The notes beneath the pieces are model-generated. The model saw only the letters and a list, made by a program, of their open reading frames with translations, was not told the DNA's origin and searched no databases. A program made the translations under genes and the position numbers. A DNA stretch of 61,202 nucleotides, filler included, from Chiloscyllium plagiosum (Eukaryota): the NCBI RefSeq assembly GCF_004010195.1. It is 4 parts of one record of this genome, joined end to end, with 100 filler letters (N's around TTAATTAATTAA, not from the genome) between each part and the next. Parts side by side here need not be neighbours in the genome. Positions count along the whole stretch, not along the records: positions 1 to 29,975 come from NC_057712.1; 3 more parts are not named here. The stretch is one strand, 5' to 3'. Positions 1 through 11,639 of the stretch are shown in pieces. The stretch's first letter is position 1; each line of letters opens with the position of its first letter.

Positions 1-195
1 TCAGTTAGAGGTCAGTTAGAGGTCAGGGCGAGGTCAGGGAGAGGTCAGGGAGAGGGATATGGGTCAGGATGGTGAGTAGGGGAGTGGGTTAGGGAGAGGA
101 TATGGGTCAGGATGGTGAGGGATCAGGGAGAGGGTTGGGGGTTAGGATGGTCAGTAGGGGAGTGGGTTGGAGGGGGTCAGGGAGAGGGATGGAGT
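1..195 (+). repeat. G-rich low-complexity/imperfect tandem repeat downstream of the DISP1 stop
   Basis: Repeated gtcagggagag and gggagagggatatgggtcaggatggtgag units. Confidence 0.75.
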
Positions 196-381
196 TATGT
201 GGTGGCACTACCACATGGTCATTTGCATGACTTTCCAAGCAGCCCAACGGTGGCAACACATGACCCCTGAAGAGCTAGGCACAGAGGAAGTGGGATGAGA
301 AACCACACGCAGTCTGCTGACATTGGAGACTCCAATGCCCTGCGCACCCCACCCCCCCGGGGTGATGAAAGGGAGGGGGCT

Positions 382-3237
382 TTAATGGGGATTGGCGTGA
401 ACCCGGGCAGTGACGCTCTCCAGTGAGTGCGGGACACTGTTCAGCCGCGTGCTGACCTGAACAAAGCGGATTGGAGGCAGTGGCAGGTTGGCTGTGGCTC
501 GGCTCGGTCTGCCAGGGTGGCAAGTGGGCACACGGGTTCCGTTGAATAACCGAGGATCAGTGCCCAGCTCGTCGCTGTCACCCATGGGGCCTGATCTCTT
601 CTCACCAGCTTCACCACCGTCTGTGGTGGCCAGGGGCTCAAGTTCGTAATGTTCATGCTCAGCGTCCAGGTGGTCACCCTCACCAGCTGCCTGCTGTTTG
701 TGGGTACGGCAGGCCCTCTTACCCTCCCTCTGCCTGTGACCGCCATGGGAAGGTGGTGGCAGCGCCAAGCCGTGGCACTGCAACCTTTTGGGCAGAGGAA
801 TGGTGCCACAGGATCCCTGTGGGCCCAGACAGCGACACATACACTGGAAGAAGAAGGTGGCAAAGCCCCAGCTGATGCACATGATGAGCATCATGAAGGT
901 CCCCAGCTGCGTGTATGCCAAAACCGTGGAGGGCATCATCATGGCGCCCGCCACAAAGGTGGTAAGGGCAGCCATGGCAATGGCTGAGCCCATCCGGCTC
1001 AAGGAGAAGACCACTTTGCCCTCGCGGTCTGTCTCCGGTGCCAGGCGGTAGGCCACACCATAATGGACGGCAAAATCAACAGCCAAACCCACAGCCACAG
1101 AGATGGTGACAGACTCCAGCACGTTCAGCTCCCAACCCAGCAGCACCAATGAGCCCACTGTGACAAAGATGGTGCCGGTGATGGAGACAATGGCGTAGAG
1201 GCTGATCACCACATTGCGGGTGGTGAGTAACATGACACTGAAGGCCACAGCCACTGAGAGGCCCATAGCCACCAGGGTGCCATCGGAGAGGCTGTCCTGA
1301 AGGTCAAAGAATTCCAGGCCGCTGACAAACCAGCCGTTGGCAAGGCCAGCTGGAGCGCCCTTCAGCTCCTCAGTGATCCAGGCATCCACCTCCTTGTAGA
1401 ACTGGCTCATCTTCTCATAGGCCAGCGTGAAGAGGTAGGTGCTCTGAAACTGCAGCACCACAGCCCGGATGGTGTCGTTGATGTCAAAGCGGGGCCCCGG
1501 GGTCTTGCTGTCTAAATGGTAGCCAGTGCTGTGCTCCAGCTCCATAATGGCCCGCTTGATGCACAATTCAAACACCTCTTGCTTGTAGGGGAAGGTGGAC
1601 TGACTGCAGCACGGGTACAAGGTGGGCTCCTCACAGTCCTGGTTCTCCATCCACTGGCGGAAGGTCTCGATGAAGCAGCTGGTGAAGTCCTGCTCGTCTG
1701 TCTGCTGGAAGAAGCTCTGGTTCCTCAGGCGCTGGCAGAAGTGCAGGAGCCAGAGCTGGGAGCCAGGAGCGGCCACGTCAAAGGTCGAGTCCAGCCTCAG
1801 CTGGCCCTTATTGTGAGGGTTGAGGGGGTCACCAGCGTCCACGGGGGCAATGCCCCACACCAGCGTGATGGGCATGTGTAGCTCCTCGCCGTGGTGCACC
1901 CGCTCAAACACAAACAGCTGGCGGAACTCAGCATCGTAACGCTCAAAGGGGTGTGAGGAGCGGAACACCTGGAACTCTGAGAGCTCCAGAGACGGCAGCT
2001 TCATCTTGGGGTCCACGCAGACGATGTAGGCACCGCCAACGGTCAGCGCAAGGAACCAGCAGAGCCAGATGTAGCGGAACTTGATGACGATGCAGGGCAG
2101 CACCTTCTCGAAGAATACGCGGGAGGTCTCAGAGGCAGTCAGCAGGAGGCGCTGCAGCTGGCAGCAGAGCTGGGCCAGGCAACCGGTGAGCTCCGTTCGC
2201 CGGCCAGGCCTCTCACCGCACTGGAACAAATGCAGCAGGTAACGCTCGTGTAGCACCACCACTGCCGGCAGCCAGGTCACCATCAAAATGTAATTGACCA
2301 GGATGGCAGTGCCAGCGTAGACACCAAAGCAGCGGATAGCGGTGATGTTGCTGACATAGTTGGCATAGAAGGCAGCTGCAGTGGTGAAGCTGGTGACAAA
2401 CATGGAGAGGGCAGCGTGATGCAGGGTGACACTCACTGTTTCCGCCAACTCAGCCTTGGGCTTGTCGAACTTGGTGTGGTTCCAGACATCGCACAGCACA
2501 AAGGCATCATCGGCCCCTATCCCCACCAGAATAATGAGTGCGGTGAGGTTCATGAAAGGGAAAAACTTGAAGCCAAACACAATCCTGTAGAGGAAGTAGG
2601 AGACGATTAAGGAGCTGATGATGGCGAACATGGTCATCAAAGTGATGAACATGGACCTGGTGTACATGCACATGATCAGCAGAACAATCACAATGGCAAT
2701 GGCAGGATACACAGTATCCATCAGGAGGTAGTCCTGGAACAAGTTGTGCTTGATCCCAAACTCGATCCCTGCAATGGTGGTGACACCATCTGAACAGTTC
2801 CAGTTCTCAAAATTGTCCAAGTAAATGTCCATCATGCTTTTCCCTTTCTCGGTGGGGACAAACAGCATGCTGTACTTTAACGCTGGAATCACGTAGTCCA
2901 ATGTCTGTGGGCTCAAAAAGTCTTTGTCCACCAAATAATGAAGGATTTGGTAAACAGCATTATACTTGGTGCACTTGCGCGGCACAGACATGCACTTGAG
3001 CTGGTCTTTACGGCGTGTGGTCTTGTCCCAGCATTCAGGGCCCAGGGTCCCATTGTGGTAATATTTAACACAGGAACGGAGCAGTTTTAGTGTGTGGGCC
3101 ACATCTCGCTCAGTGATCTTCTGGCAGGAGGATCGATTGTTGAGGATGGCGATGTAATTGCCCAGTGTCCAGCTGGGGCAGCAGGAAGCAGCTGAGGTCC
3201 TTTGACAAAGTTCCCCAAACTGCACGTGTGAACGAAT
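382..3237 (-). CDS. DISP1: Dispatched homolog 1, large terminal coding exon (rest of ECD1, sterol-sensing domain, ECD2, TM2-TM12, cytoplasmic tail); 951 aa + TAA
   Basis: ORF 382..3258 reads [41 protein letters not shown]...[15 protein letters not shown]...[13 protein letters not shown]...[11 protein letters not shown], which I recognise as vertebrate DISP1. The splice acceptor ...tatattactgCAG|ATT starts the exon at 3237 in phase 0. RND acidic motifs GxxxDD (2506-2523) and GxxxD (1075-1089) are intact. Confidence 0.97.
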   Translation of the reverse strand: MRSHVQFGELCQRTSAASCCPSWTLGNYIAILNNRSSCQKITERDVAHTLKLLRSCVKYYHNGTLGPECWDKTTRRKDQLKCMSVPRKCTKYNAVYQILHYLVDKDFLSPQTLDYVIPALKYSMLFVPTEKGKSMMDIYLDNFENWNCSDGVTTIAGIEFGIKHNLFQDYLLMDTVYPAIAIVIVLLIMCMYTRSMFITLMTMFAIISSLIVSYFLYRIVFGFKFFPFMNLTALIILVGIGADDAFVLCDVWNHTKFDKPKAELAETVSVTLHHAALSMFVTSFTTAAAFYANYVSNITAIRCFGVYAGTAILVNYILMVTWLPAVVVLHERYLLHLFQCGERPGRRTELTGCLAQLCCQLQRLLLTASETSRVFFEKVLPCIVIKFRYIWLCWFLALTVGGAYIVCVDPKMKLPSLELSEFQVFRSSHPFERYDAEFRQLFVFERVHHGEELHMPITLVWGIAPVDAGDPLNPHNKGQLRLDSTFDVAAPGSQLWLLHFCQRLRNQSFFQQTDEQDFTSCFIETFRQWMENQDCEEPTLYPCCSQSTFPYKQEVFELCIKRAIMELEHSTGYHLDSKTPGPRFDINDTIRAVVLQFQSTYLFTLAYEKMSQFYKEVDAWITEELKGAPAGLANGWFVSGLEFFDLQDSLSDGTLVAMGLSVAVAFSVMLLTTRNVVISLYAIVSITGTIFVTVGSLVLLGWELNVLESVTISVAVGLAVDFAVHYGVAYRLAPETDREGKVVFSLSRMGSAIAMAALTTFVAGAMMMPSTVLAYTQLGTFMMLIMCISWGFATFFFQCMCRCLGPQGSCGTIPLPKRLQCHGLALPPPSHGGHRQREGKRACRTHKQQAAGEGDHLDAEHEHYELEPLATTDGGEAGEKRSGPMGDSDELGTDPRLFNGTRVPTCHPGRPSRATANLPLPPIRFVQVSTRLNSVPHSLESVTARVHANPH

Positions 3238-3703
3238 CTGCAGTAATATAGACCACACAAAAAGGATTCAAACCAGTTTTAGATACTGCCAAATAAAAAC
3301 AGGGCTTTTTGGGTTCTGTAAAATAATAGATTTTGTTTTAATGAATTGAGTAATTAGCAAACCCTCTAGATTCATTTCAAGTCTTGGTATTACTCAGATG
3401 GTTGAGGAGAATTAGGATGAGCATTGAATTAGAATGACTCTTGCTGTGGTCCTATATCTCTTGCCTTAAAAGCCAATGCTCCATGATCTTTATCATGGCC
3501 TTGGCAACTGGAGCAGTAGCTTTCAACATCCTTTGAATACCACTACCCCCAACCCCGGGCAACCTGCAGCACCAACCTCCCTCCATTATAAGGACAGCAA
3601 CTTAAACAGGAGGGTCTTCACAAAATATTCCAAAACTGTCATGAAGACTATTAAAGCAGATGTTAGAAATGGGTTCAACAGTGGGTTGAACAATGGGTTC
3701 AAC

Positions 3704-4037
3704 CATGGTGGCTCAGTGGTTAGCACTGCTGCCTCACAGCGCCTGGGGACCTGGGTTTGATTCCATCTTGAGGCGAGTGTTTGCACATTCTCCATGTGCC
3801 TGTGTGGGTTTCTTTGGGTGCTCCAGTTTCCTCCCACAATCCAAAGATGTGCAGGTTAGGGGGATTGGCCATGCTAAATTGCCTGAAGTGTCCAGAGATG
3901 TGCAGGCTAGGTGGGTTACCCATGGGAGATGTGGAGTTATGGGGATAGGGTAGGGGCTGGGTCTGGGTGGAGTGCTCTGAGGGCCAGTGTAGACTTGATG
4001 GCCCAAATGGCCTACTTCCACACTCTATGGATTCTAT
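3704..4037 (+). mobile_element. HE1/V-SINE-like tRNA-derived SINE
   Basis: A-box head tggctcagtggttagcactgctgcctcacagcgcc, conserved central ...tttcctcccacaatccaaagatgtgcaggttagg, and a CR1-like tail ending ggattctatg. Confidence 0.85.
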
Positions 4038-4189
4038 GAACAGAACTTTCCAAACAGGGAAAACAAGTCAGGGATATGATTCAAAACTGGGTTGGTGAGG
4101 ATCAGATCAATTAAAAGGTCTGCAGTTAGAATCAGACTGTACAGCAGAGGGCCTTTGGCCTGTTGAGTTAGTATTGCCAAACAAAAACT

Positions 4190-4370
4190 AACGTCAACAG
4201 TATGGTGCAGGAAAATCGACTTTTTGGGCAAAAGCCTTTCATCAGCAATCAGGCTTTTGCCTGAAATGTCGATTCTCCTGCTCCTCGGATGCTGCCTGAC
4301 CTGCTGTGCTTTTCCAGCACCACTCTCTCTCGACTCTGATCTCCAGCATCTGCAGTCCTCACTTTTGCCT
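4190..4370. mobile_element. Penelope-like fold-back mini-element (degenerate)
   Basis: Contains ...gatgctgcctgacctgctgtgcttttccagcaccac...ctccagcatctgcagtcctcacttt plus an inverted partial copy; same family as 5599, 15854, 53541 and 57771. Confidence 0.7.
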
Positions 4371-4751
4371 AAAAAATAAACTAACTCTCACTTTTCAGCA
4401 CTAGGCCCAGAGCCCTGAATGTTCCGCCATTCCAAGTGCTCATCCACATATTTTTGTAAGGGATATGGAGGTTTCTCGCCCTAACTACTCTCCCAGACAG
4501 TGCATTCCAGAGCCCCACTACCCTCTGGGTGAAAAACATTTTTCCTCAAATCCTGTCAAAATCCTCTCAACCTTCACCTTCAAATACGCCCCCTTGTGAT
4601 TGGCTTGTTGAGTCAACAATCTTGCCCTTAAATAAAAAATTGCTTTTTTTTATCCCCACCCTTGATGCTCAGGATAGAGCAGAAGCTCGAGGGAACACCA
4701 TGGAAACAGAAAATAAATATTTGGGATAACAGGAAACCAGTCTGTACATAC

Positions 4752-4849
4752 CCTGGCATTGTCAAGATTGCACATCGATTTAATTGATTGCGTTCGCCAT
4801 AAGTTTTCCCCATCTGCTGAGGCAAACACGACCCGAGAGTAACGGTCAC
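4752..4849 (-). CDS. DISP1: DISP1 internal exon, 98 nt: (S)[32 protein letters not shown]
   Basis: Acceptor ...cccacccccAG and donor AGG|GTATGT. Joins in frame to IRSH of the terminal exon, and the peptide matches the DISP1 DRYSRVVF...IKSMCN.DN.R segment. Confidence 0.95.
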
Positions 4850-5598
4850 CTGGGGGTGGGGGGAGGAGACAAGACAGTTAGGAGCTTACAAAGATTTCAA
4901 CATATATTTCTTAAAAGTTCAAACAACAGTCCTGCAGTTTCCTCCATGACTTGCTGTGTAAAGGATAAGGCAGTTACACAACTCGGCTACTGACTAAGAG
5001 GCTGGATGTGAGTAAAGGGTAAGGTAATGTGACTTATGTGGAACAGAAATCTACAGTCCTGGAACATTAATTACTGAGATTAAATCCCTCTATACCAACC
5101 TGAGAACTTAAAATAGGGTTTAAAAATGTGGAAATCAAATTTCAGTATCATTAAGGGAACCAAGGAACTACTGCATTGCGATAAAACACAGTTGGCTGAG
5201 GTACAGGGATAGGGTAGGGACTGGGTCTGGGTGGAATGCTCTTCAGATGGCCAGTGTAGACTTGATGGGCCAAATGGCCTGCTTCCACACTGTATGGATT
5301 CTATGGACAGACCTTTCCAAACAAGGAAAACAAGTCAAAAGTGGATTGGTGAGGCTCAGATCAATTAAAAGCTCTGCAGTTAGAATCAGACTGTACAGAA
5401 GAGGGCCTTTGGCTGGTCGAGTCTGTATTGCCAAATAAAAAAACAACATCAAGAGTGTGGTGCTGGAAAAGCACTGCAGGTCAGAAGAGTTCCTAAAGCT
5501 CAGTGGGGAAGGAAATCTATCAACCTTGCTTCATCTGACCGTTACTTTAATCTGTTCCACATCAATATGAATTATGCCAGTCTTTATATTTATAACTA

Positions 5599-5782
5599 GG
5601 AGAAAGTGAGTACTGCAGATGCTGAAGATCAGAGCTGAAAAATGTGTTGCTGGAAAAGCGCAGGTCAGGCAGCACCCAAGGAACAATGATTCCTGAAGGG
5701 CTCATGCCCGAAACATCGATTCTCCTGCTCCTTTGATGCTGCCTGACCTGCTGCGCTTTTCCAGCAACACATTTTTCAGCTA
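5599..5782. mobile_element. Penelope-like fold-back mini-element with 14-bp TSD
   Basis: Inverted arms (gctgaaaaatgtgttgctggaaaagcgc / gcgcttttccagcaacacatttttcagc), flanked by the direct repeat tatatttataacta at 5585-5598 and 5783-5796. Confidence 0.8.
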
Positions 5783-5819
5783 TATATTTATAACTAACAT
5801 GTTCGGAAATATTATACAT

Positions 5820-6612
5820 ACATACAGATGTACAGCACGGAAACAGCCCCTTCGGTCCAACCCGTCCATGCCGACCAGATATCCCAATCCACAATCTGGT
5901 CTCACCTGCCAGCACCCGGCCTATATCCCTCCAAACCCTTCCTATTCATAGTTACCCACATGCCTTTTAAATGCTGCAACATGTCTGAGACGTGGCATGA
6001 GAACACAGAAGCAGGGACACTCCCAATGCACCAGGCAGCCCTCAGGTCATTGACAGATGCAATGCACACAAGTATTTCAGTGTCCTGTTCATTCATGAGA
6101 TCTCCGACACCAACTCCCCACTCCCCCACCCAGATAAACACAGCACTGGCATCCACTGTATTTTGCTTTGATTTATCCTTACTTTTCTGATAATTTCCTC
6201 TCATAAGAAAGTACAACATTCCATTCAGTTTGTTGCTCCTGCAGTACCATAAGGCCATAAGACAGAGGAGCAAAAATTAGGCCTGTCAGCCGATCAGTCT
6301 GCTCCGCCATTTAATCATGGCTGGTAAGTGTTTCAACCCCATTCTCCCACTTTCTCCCAGCAACCCTTGATCCCCTTGATACTCAAGAACCTATCTATCT
6401 CAGTCTTAAATATACTCAATGACCTGACCTCCACAGCCTTCTGTGGTTGTGAATTCCATAGATTATCCACTCTCTGGCTGAAGGAGCTTCTCCTTATCTC
6501 CATTCTAAAATGTCTTCCCTTTACTTTAAGGCTGTGGCCTTGGGTCCTAGTTTTCCCTATCATTGGGAACATCTTCCCAACATCCACACTGTCTAGGCCA
6601 TTCAGTATTCCG
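5820..6612 (-). mobile_element. Two CR1-type LINE 3' fragments (about 5820-5978 and 6246-6612)
   Basis: CR1 ORF2 C-terminus TRTQGHSLKVKGRHFRMEIRRSSFSQRVDNLWNSQP and typical 3' UTR tails. Confidence 0.8.
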
Positions 6613-6614
6613 CA

Positions 6615-9000
6615 AGTTTAGAGTCAGAGGTGTACAGCATGGAAACAGACCCTTCGGTCCAACCCGTCTATGCCAACCAGATATCCCAACACAATCGAGT
6701 CCCACCTGCCAAAACCCGGCCCATATCCTCCAAACCCTTCCTATTCATATACCCATCCAAATGCCTCCTAAATGTTGCAATTGTACCAGCCTCCACCAAT
6801 TCCTCTGGCAGCTCATTCCATACCTGCNNNNNNNNNNNNNNNNNNNNNNNNNNNNNNNNNNNNNNNNNNNNNNNNNNNNNNNNNNNNNNNNNNNNNNNNN
6901 NNNNNNNNNNNNNNNNNNNNNNNNNNNNNNNNNNNNNNNNNNNNNNNNNNNNNNNNNNNNNNNNNNNNNNNNNNNNNNNNNNNNNNNNNNNNNNNNNNNN
7001 NNNNNNNNNNNNNNNNNNNNNNNNNNNNNNNNNNNNNNNNNNNNNNNNNNNNNNNNNNNNNNNNNNNNNNNNNNNNNNNNNNNNNNNNNNNNNNNNNNNN
7101 NNNNNNNNNNNNNNNNNNNNNNNNNNNNNNNNNNNNNNNNNNNNNNNNNNNNNNNNNNNNNNTCGCTGTCCACTACACCTCCAATTTTGGTGTCATCTGC
7201 AGACTTACTAACTGTACCTCTTATGCTCACATCCAAATCATTTATGTAAATGACAAAAAGTAGAGGACCCAGCACCGATCCTTGTGGCACTCCAGTGGTC
7301 ACAGGCCTCCAGTCTGAAAAACAACCTTCCACCACCACCCTCTGTCTTCTACCTTTGAGCCAGTTCTGTATCCAAATGGCTAGTTTTCCCTGTATTCCAT
7401 GAAATCTAACCTTGCCCACCAGTCTCCCATGGGGAACCTTGTCAAACACCTTACTGAAGTCCATATAGATCACATCTACTGCTCTGCCCACATCAATCCT
7501 CTTTGATATTTCTTCAAAAAACTCAATCAAGTTTGTGAGACATGATTTCCCACGCACAAAGCCATGTTGACTATCCCTAATCAGTCTCCTTACCTTTCCA
7601 AATACATGTATATCCTGTCCCTCAGGATTCCTCCAACAACATGCCCACCACCGAGGTCAGGCTCACCGGTCTATAGTTCCCTAGTTTGTCCTTACCACCC
7701 TTCTTAAACAGTGGCACCACGGTAGCCAACCTCATGTCTTCCGCCACCTCACCTGTGACTATTGATGATACAAATATCTCAGCAAGGGGCCCAGCAATCA
7801 TTTCACTAGCTTCCCAGAGTTCTTGGGTACACCTGATCAGGTCCTGGGGATTTATCCACCTTTACCCGTTTCAATTAGATGCCCCTTCATCCTTCTAAAC
7901 TCCGTTGAGTGTAGACCCAGGCACCTGGGACCATTTGCGTGATCCTTGCATAAAACCATGGTGATTATCCCTAATCAGTCCTTGCCTTTCCAAATGCATG
8001 TAAATCCTATCTTTCAGAATCCCCTCCAACAACTTACCCACCACCGATGTCAGACTCAAGTCGATAGTTCCCAGGCTTCTCCTTACAGCTTTTCTTAAAC
8101 AATGGTCCAACATTAACCACCCTCCATTCTATTGGCACCTCACCCGTGGTTATAGATGATACAAATATTGCCTTCCAAACTTCCCACAATGTCCTGAGAT
8201 ACACTTGGTCAGATCACAGAATTATCCACTTTTATGTTTTCGAAGACCTCTAGCACTTCCTCTTCTGTAACGTGAACTTTTTTCAAAACATCAATATTTA
8301 TTTCCCGGAGTTCCATGGTCTCCAATTCTTTCTTCACAGTAAAGACTGACATGAAATATTCATTTACTATCTCTTCCATCTCCAGCGGTTCAACTCAAAG
8401 ACGACCTTGTTGATCTTTAAGGGGCCCTACTCTCTCTCCCTAATTGCTCTTAGTGTATTTATAGAATTTCTTTGGATTATCCTTAACCTTACCTGCCAAG
8501 GCTATCTCATGTCCCCTCTTTGTTGTCCTGATTTCCCTCTTAAGAATGCCCCTACGCTCTTTATATTCTTCAAGATTAATTTGTCTAGATCTAATGTATG
8601 ATTCGTTTTTATTCTGACTAAAACCGCAATATATTTTTTTATCCACTGTTCCCTACACTTTCCAGCCATATCTTTTACTCTCACGGGACATATTGCCTCT
8701 GACCTCTCGTAATTACATTTTTGAAAGCCTTCTACTTGTCAGACATCCCTTTCCTGCGAACAGTCGGTCCCAATCAATTTTTGTAAGTTCTTGTCTCATA
8801 CCATTAAAATTTGCCTTACTCTAATTAAGAAATGTAACTTTTATGGAAGGCTTATCCTTTTCCATAACAATTTTAAAACTAATAGAATCATGATCACTAG
8901 TCCCAAAGTGTTCCCCTCCTAATACTTCAGTCACTTGCCTTGCCTTATTTCCCACCAGAAGGTCACGATTTGCTCCTTCTCTAGGAGGAACATTTACATA
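6615..9000 (-). mobile_element. CR1/HER1 LINE ORF2 fragments (RT domain), two adjacent pieces; spans gap 6828-7162
   Basis: RT motifs [49 protein letters not shown] and xADDTK. A second copy gives LTSVVGKLLEGILKDRI and KDNPKKFYKY. Confidence 0.9.
6828..7162. other. Assembly gap (335 N) inside a CR1 copy
   Basis: Run of N. Confidence 0.99.
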
Positions 9001-9424
9001 TTGAACATTATTATAATGTTACTTTCCTGTACATATTTTCATTATCTGCTCCAGGATCTCTTTATGTTTTAATCTCTGACAGCCACTACGGCACTGTCAT
9101 TCCCCATTTCCTGCTGTTTTTAATTCTGACCTTGATCAGCTAGCTGAACCCCAGGACAGGAGCTGGTGATAAACAAGTAAATTCAGCAAAAGAATCATCC
9201 CAACTCTTAGCCTCCACTTGGCTTTAGAATGTGCTTGTTTAGATAGCTCTCATCAGGCGAACTGCAGGGTTAGAAGACATGAGCCAAGTTAGACATAGCT
9301 TCCACTTCAGGTGGTCAACAACAGCCAGGCTGCAGATCTCCATAAAACCCTGATCAATGCTACTGGAGTTAGATTCAGTGTTTCAACAAAGGCCAAGTGA
9401 CTCTACCACGAGTATGGCACTTAC

Positions 9425-9522
9425 TGGGAACATCACAGAAGAAGCTGTCCTTGTGGAAATTCCACTCTGCCTGCCGCTTGTCTCTGTCGTAGGGATCATC
9501 TGACCATCGGTCATCTCGATGA
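9425..9522 (-). CDS. DISP1: DISP1 internal exon, 98 nt: (S)[32 protein letters not shown], containing the furin site
   Basis: Acceptor ...ctgttttcaccaAG and donor A|GTAAGT. Phases fit both neighbouring exons, and HRDDRWSDD...[13 protein letters not shown] is typical DISP1. Confidence 0.95.
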
Positions 9523-11639
9523 CTTGGTGAAAACAGAAAGAAATCATAAAATGAAGAAACTTTGCTATAATTAAATGAGTGGGCTTCGTTTACTTCTCTG
9601 TACTTCTCTCATTTTAAAACTGTATAAGAATGCAAGTCTGTCGGAGGAGGTCAGAAACCAGAAATAGTTAGATCATGGTAGGCACCAGTTGATTGTTACG
9701 ATTTAAAAAAAAAACACACCCACAGGGCAGAAACTATTGCTGGTCATACTGATGAATGAATGCAGATTCATTCACAGAATGCTCACTGTGTAAAAGGAGG
9801 CCATTGGGCCCACACTATCTGTACTCTCCCTGTGTCTTTCCATCATAACTCTGCACATCATTTCTGTTTAAATAACCTTCCAATGTCTTCCCAATTGCCA
9901 CAAGTGAACCTGTCTTTACCCCACTTCCAGACGGAGCATTCCTTAAAGGATGCCAGCAAGTCACTTCGATTCTCCCTTCACCAAACCATGCTGACCCTTC
10001 CCATTCAATCCGCATTTTTGTATGCAACTATTAATTCCATCCCGAATAATTCTGGAAATTACCCCACTACTGACGTTAAACAGAGTGGTCTGATCTTTAT
10101 AACTTTTACAACCAATCCAGGGAAGACAGAAGAAAGACTATGAATGCCTCTTCAATTTCCATTCTCACATCTTTCAATATCCTTGGATGTATCTTGCCTG
10201 ACTCTGGTGCTGTATTGACTTTAAATACCAACTGTTCATCCAATACCTCATCAATTTTAAACCCTCCCAGTGATTGAATTTCCTCCTCAGTCATTATGGC
10301 TCAGCCAGCATCGGTTTTATAGGTAAAGACAGATGGAGAGTACTCATTTAACACCTCAAACATGCCTCTCATTTCGGAATGTAAATCCCCTTTGGTCTTG
10401 AATTGACCCTGTTCCTCCTTCTAGCATTCTCCTATATTGATATTGTGGCCGGACAGGCTGCTCAAATTAATGAATTTATGATGGATTTACAAAGATTGGA
10501 CAAGGCATGCTGGGAAATGAAGGCCAGCCTTGACCAAAGTGGCTGTGGTAATAAACATGCTGCAGAATCAAGACGGGGTGTAGCTACCAATGAACAGTTT
10601 GCATTCGACCCAGAAGCTGCAGACCCTACAATACACACCCAAATTTGGGTTTGAATGGAGTCAATGGAATGGCATCCTCAGCGCGATTGGAAACACCGAG
10701 GTGTGTACCAGACACCGGGGCACCTCACACCCTTATTTAGAGGAGGCTACGTGTGCCCAGCACCTCCAGGAATGGATGCCTAAGGACCACCATACTATCA
10801 ACATGCCCCAGCCTGGTTGGGTCTGATTGATCAGGGTGATCAAGCTTGGTCAATCTATTGGTGAACAGTGAAGACTCTCCCAAAAGGGCACAAAGACTTT
10901 CAGGCAAAAGAATCATCGCCACACCACGCTCAGGGCAGTAACTCAAGAGCAAGACGACACCCCTGGGACCACCTGGAGAAGACGACCAGATGATCATTGC
11001 CACGTAGAGCACAGCCAAGCTCTAGTGTGGCGGGATATCATCCAGAGTTAAGCTCAAGCACAAGATAGCACTTGTCGTGAAAATTGTTCATTTTATTGTG
11101 ACAGTATTAATTCTGTCAAATAAATGAATATTACTGTTTATTGTTATGAAGAGTCGACTCATGAGTTAAAACACTCCGTGTGGCACACACAAGGTGCATA
11201 TAGACGACTTTGGGATTTCGTTTTATGTTAGCTGTCAGTGTTCTTCCATGATCTCTCTTTGCTTTTTCACTTTCTTTCTGAACTTGCTGTATTTAGTTTG
11301 GTTCTCAACTACTACCCAATACCTGACACAAGAACACCTTTCCTTCATTTCTATCTCCTTTGTCACCGAAGGAGCTCTGGATTGTATGTTTAATCTCTTT
11401 GTTTTGCAAAAAGCATTTGCTCTCCATCAGTCTTTGGTGGTGAAAGCCCTGATATAAGGGGCTGTCCCCTCAACTAGTGTTTGCTAATATTTCGAATCAC
11501 TATTTTCAGCTTAGCATGTTATACCCATGTATGAGTGAGCATTTAACAACAGATAGTAGGAACATAGGGTTCAGAGGGACACAGTTCCTGAGGTGTGGTC
11601 AAGAAAATTTTCTACAGCGGTATATTTCAACCCAAGGAG

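Noticed and set aside
649..2610. Plus-strand ORFs overlapping DISP1
   Set aside because: Antisense shadows of a GC-rich coding exon with no recognisable domains.
3238..3258. N-terminal MWSILLQ of the 958-aa ORF as a start, implying an intronless gene
   Set aside because: It is intronic sequence before a CAG acceptor; five upstream exons splice in frame.
6563..7263. Long ORFs spanning the N gap
   Set aside because: Their length is an artefact of Ns translated as X.
10440..11040. Moderately GC-rich non-repeat-looking stretch with short ORFs
   Set aside because: No recognisable motif or splice pattern; probably an unclassified decayed repeat, so I cannot support a call.
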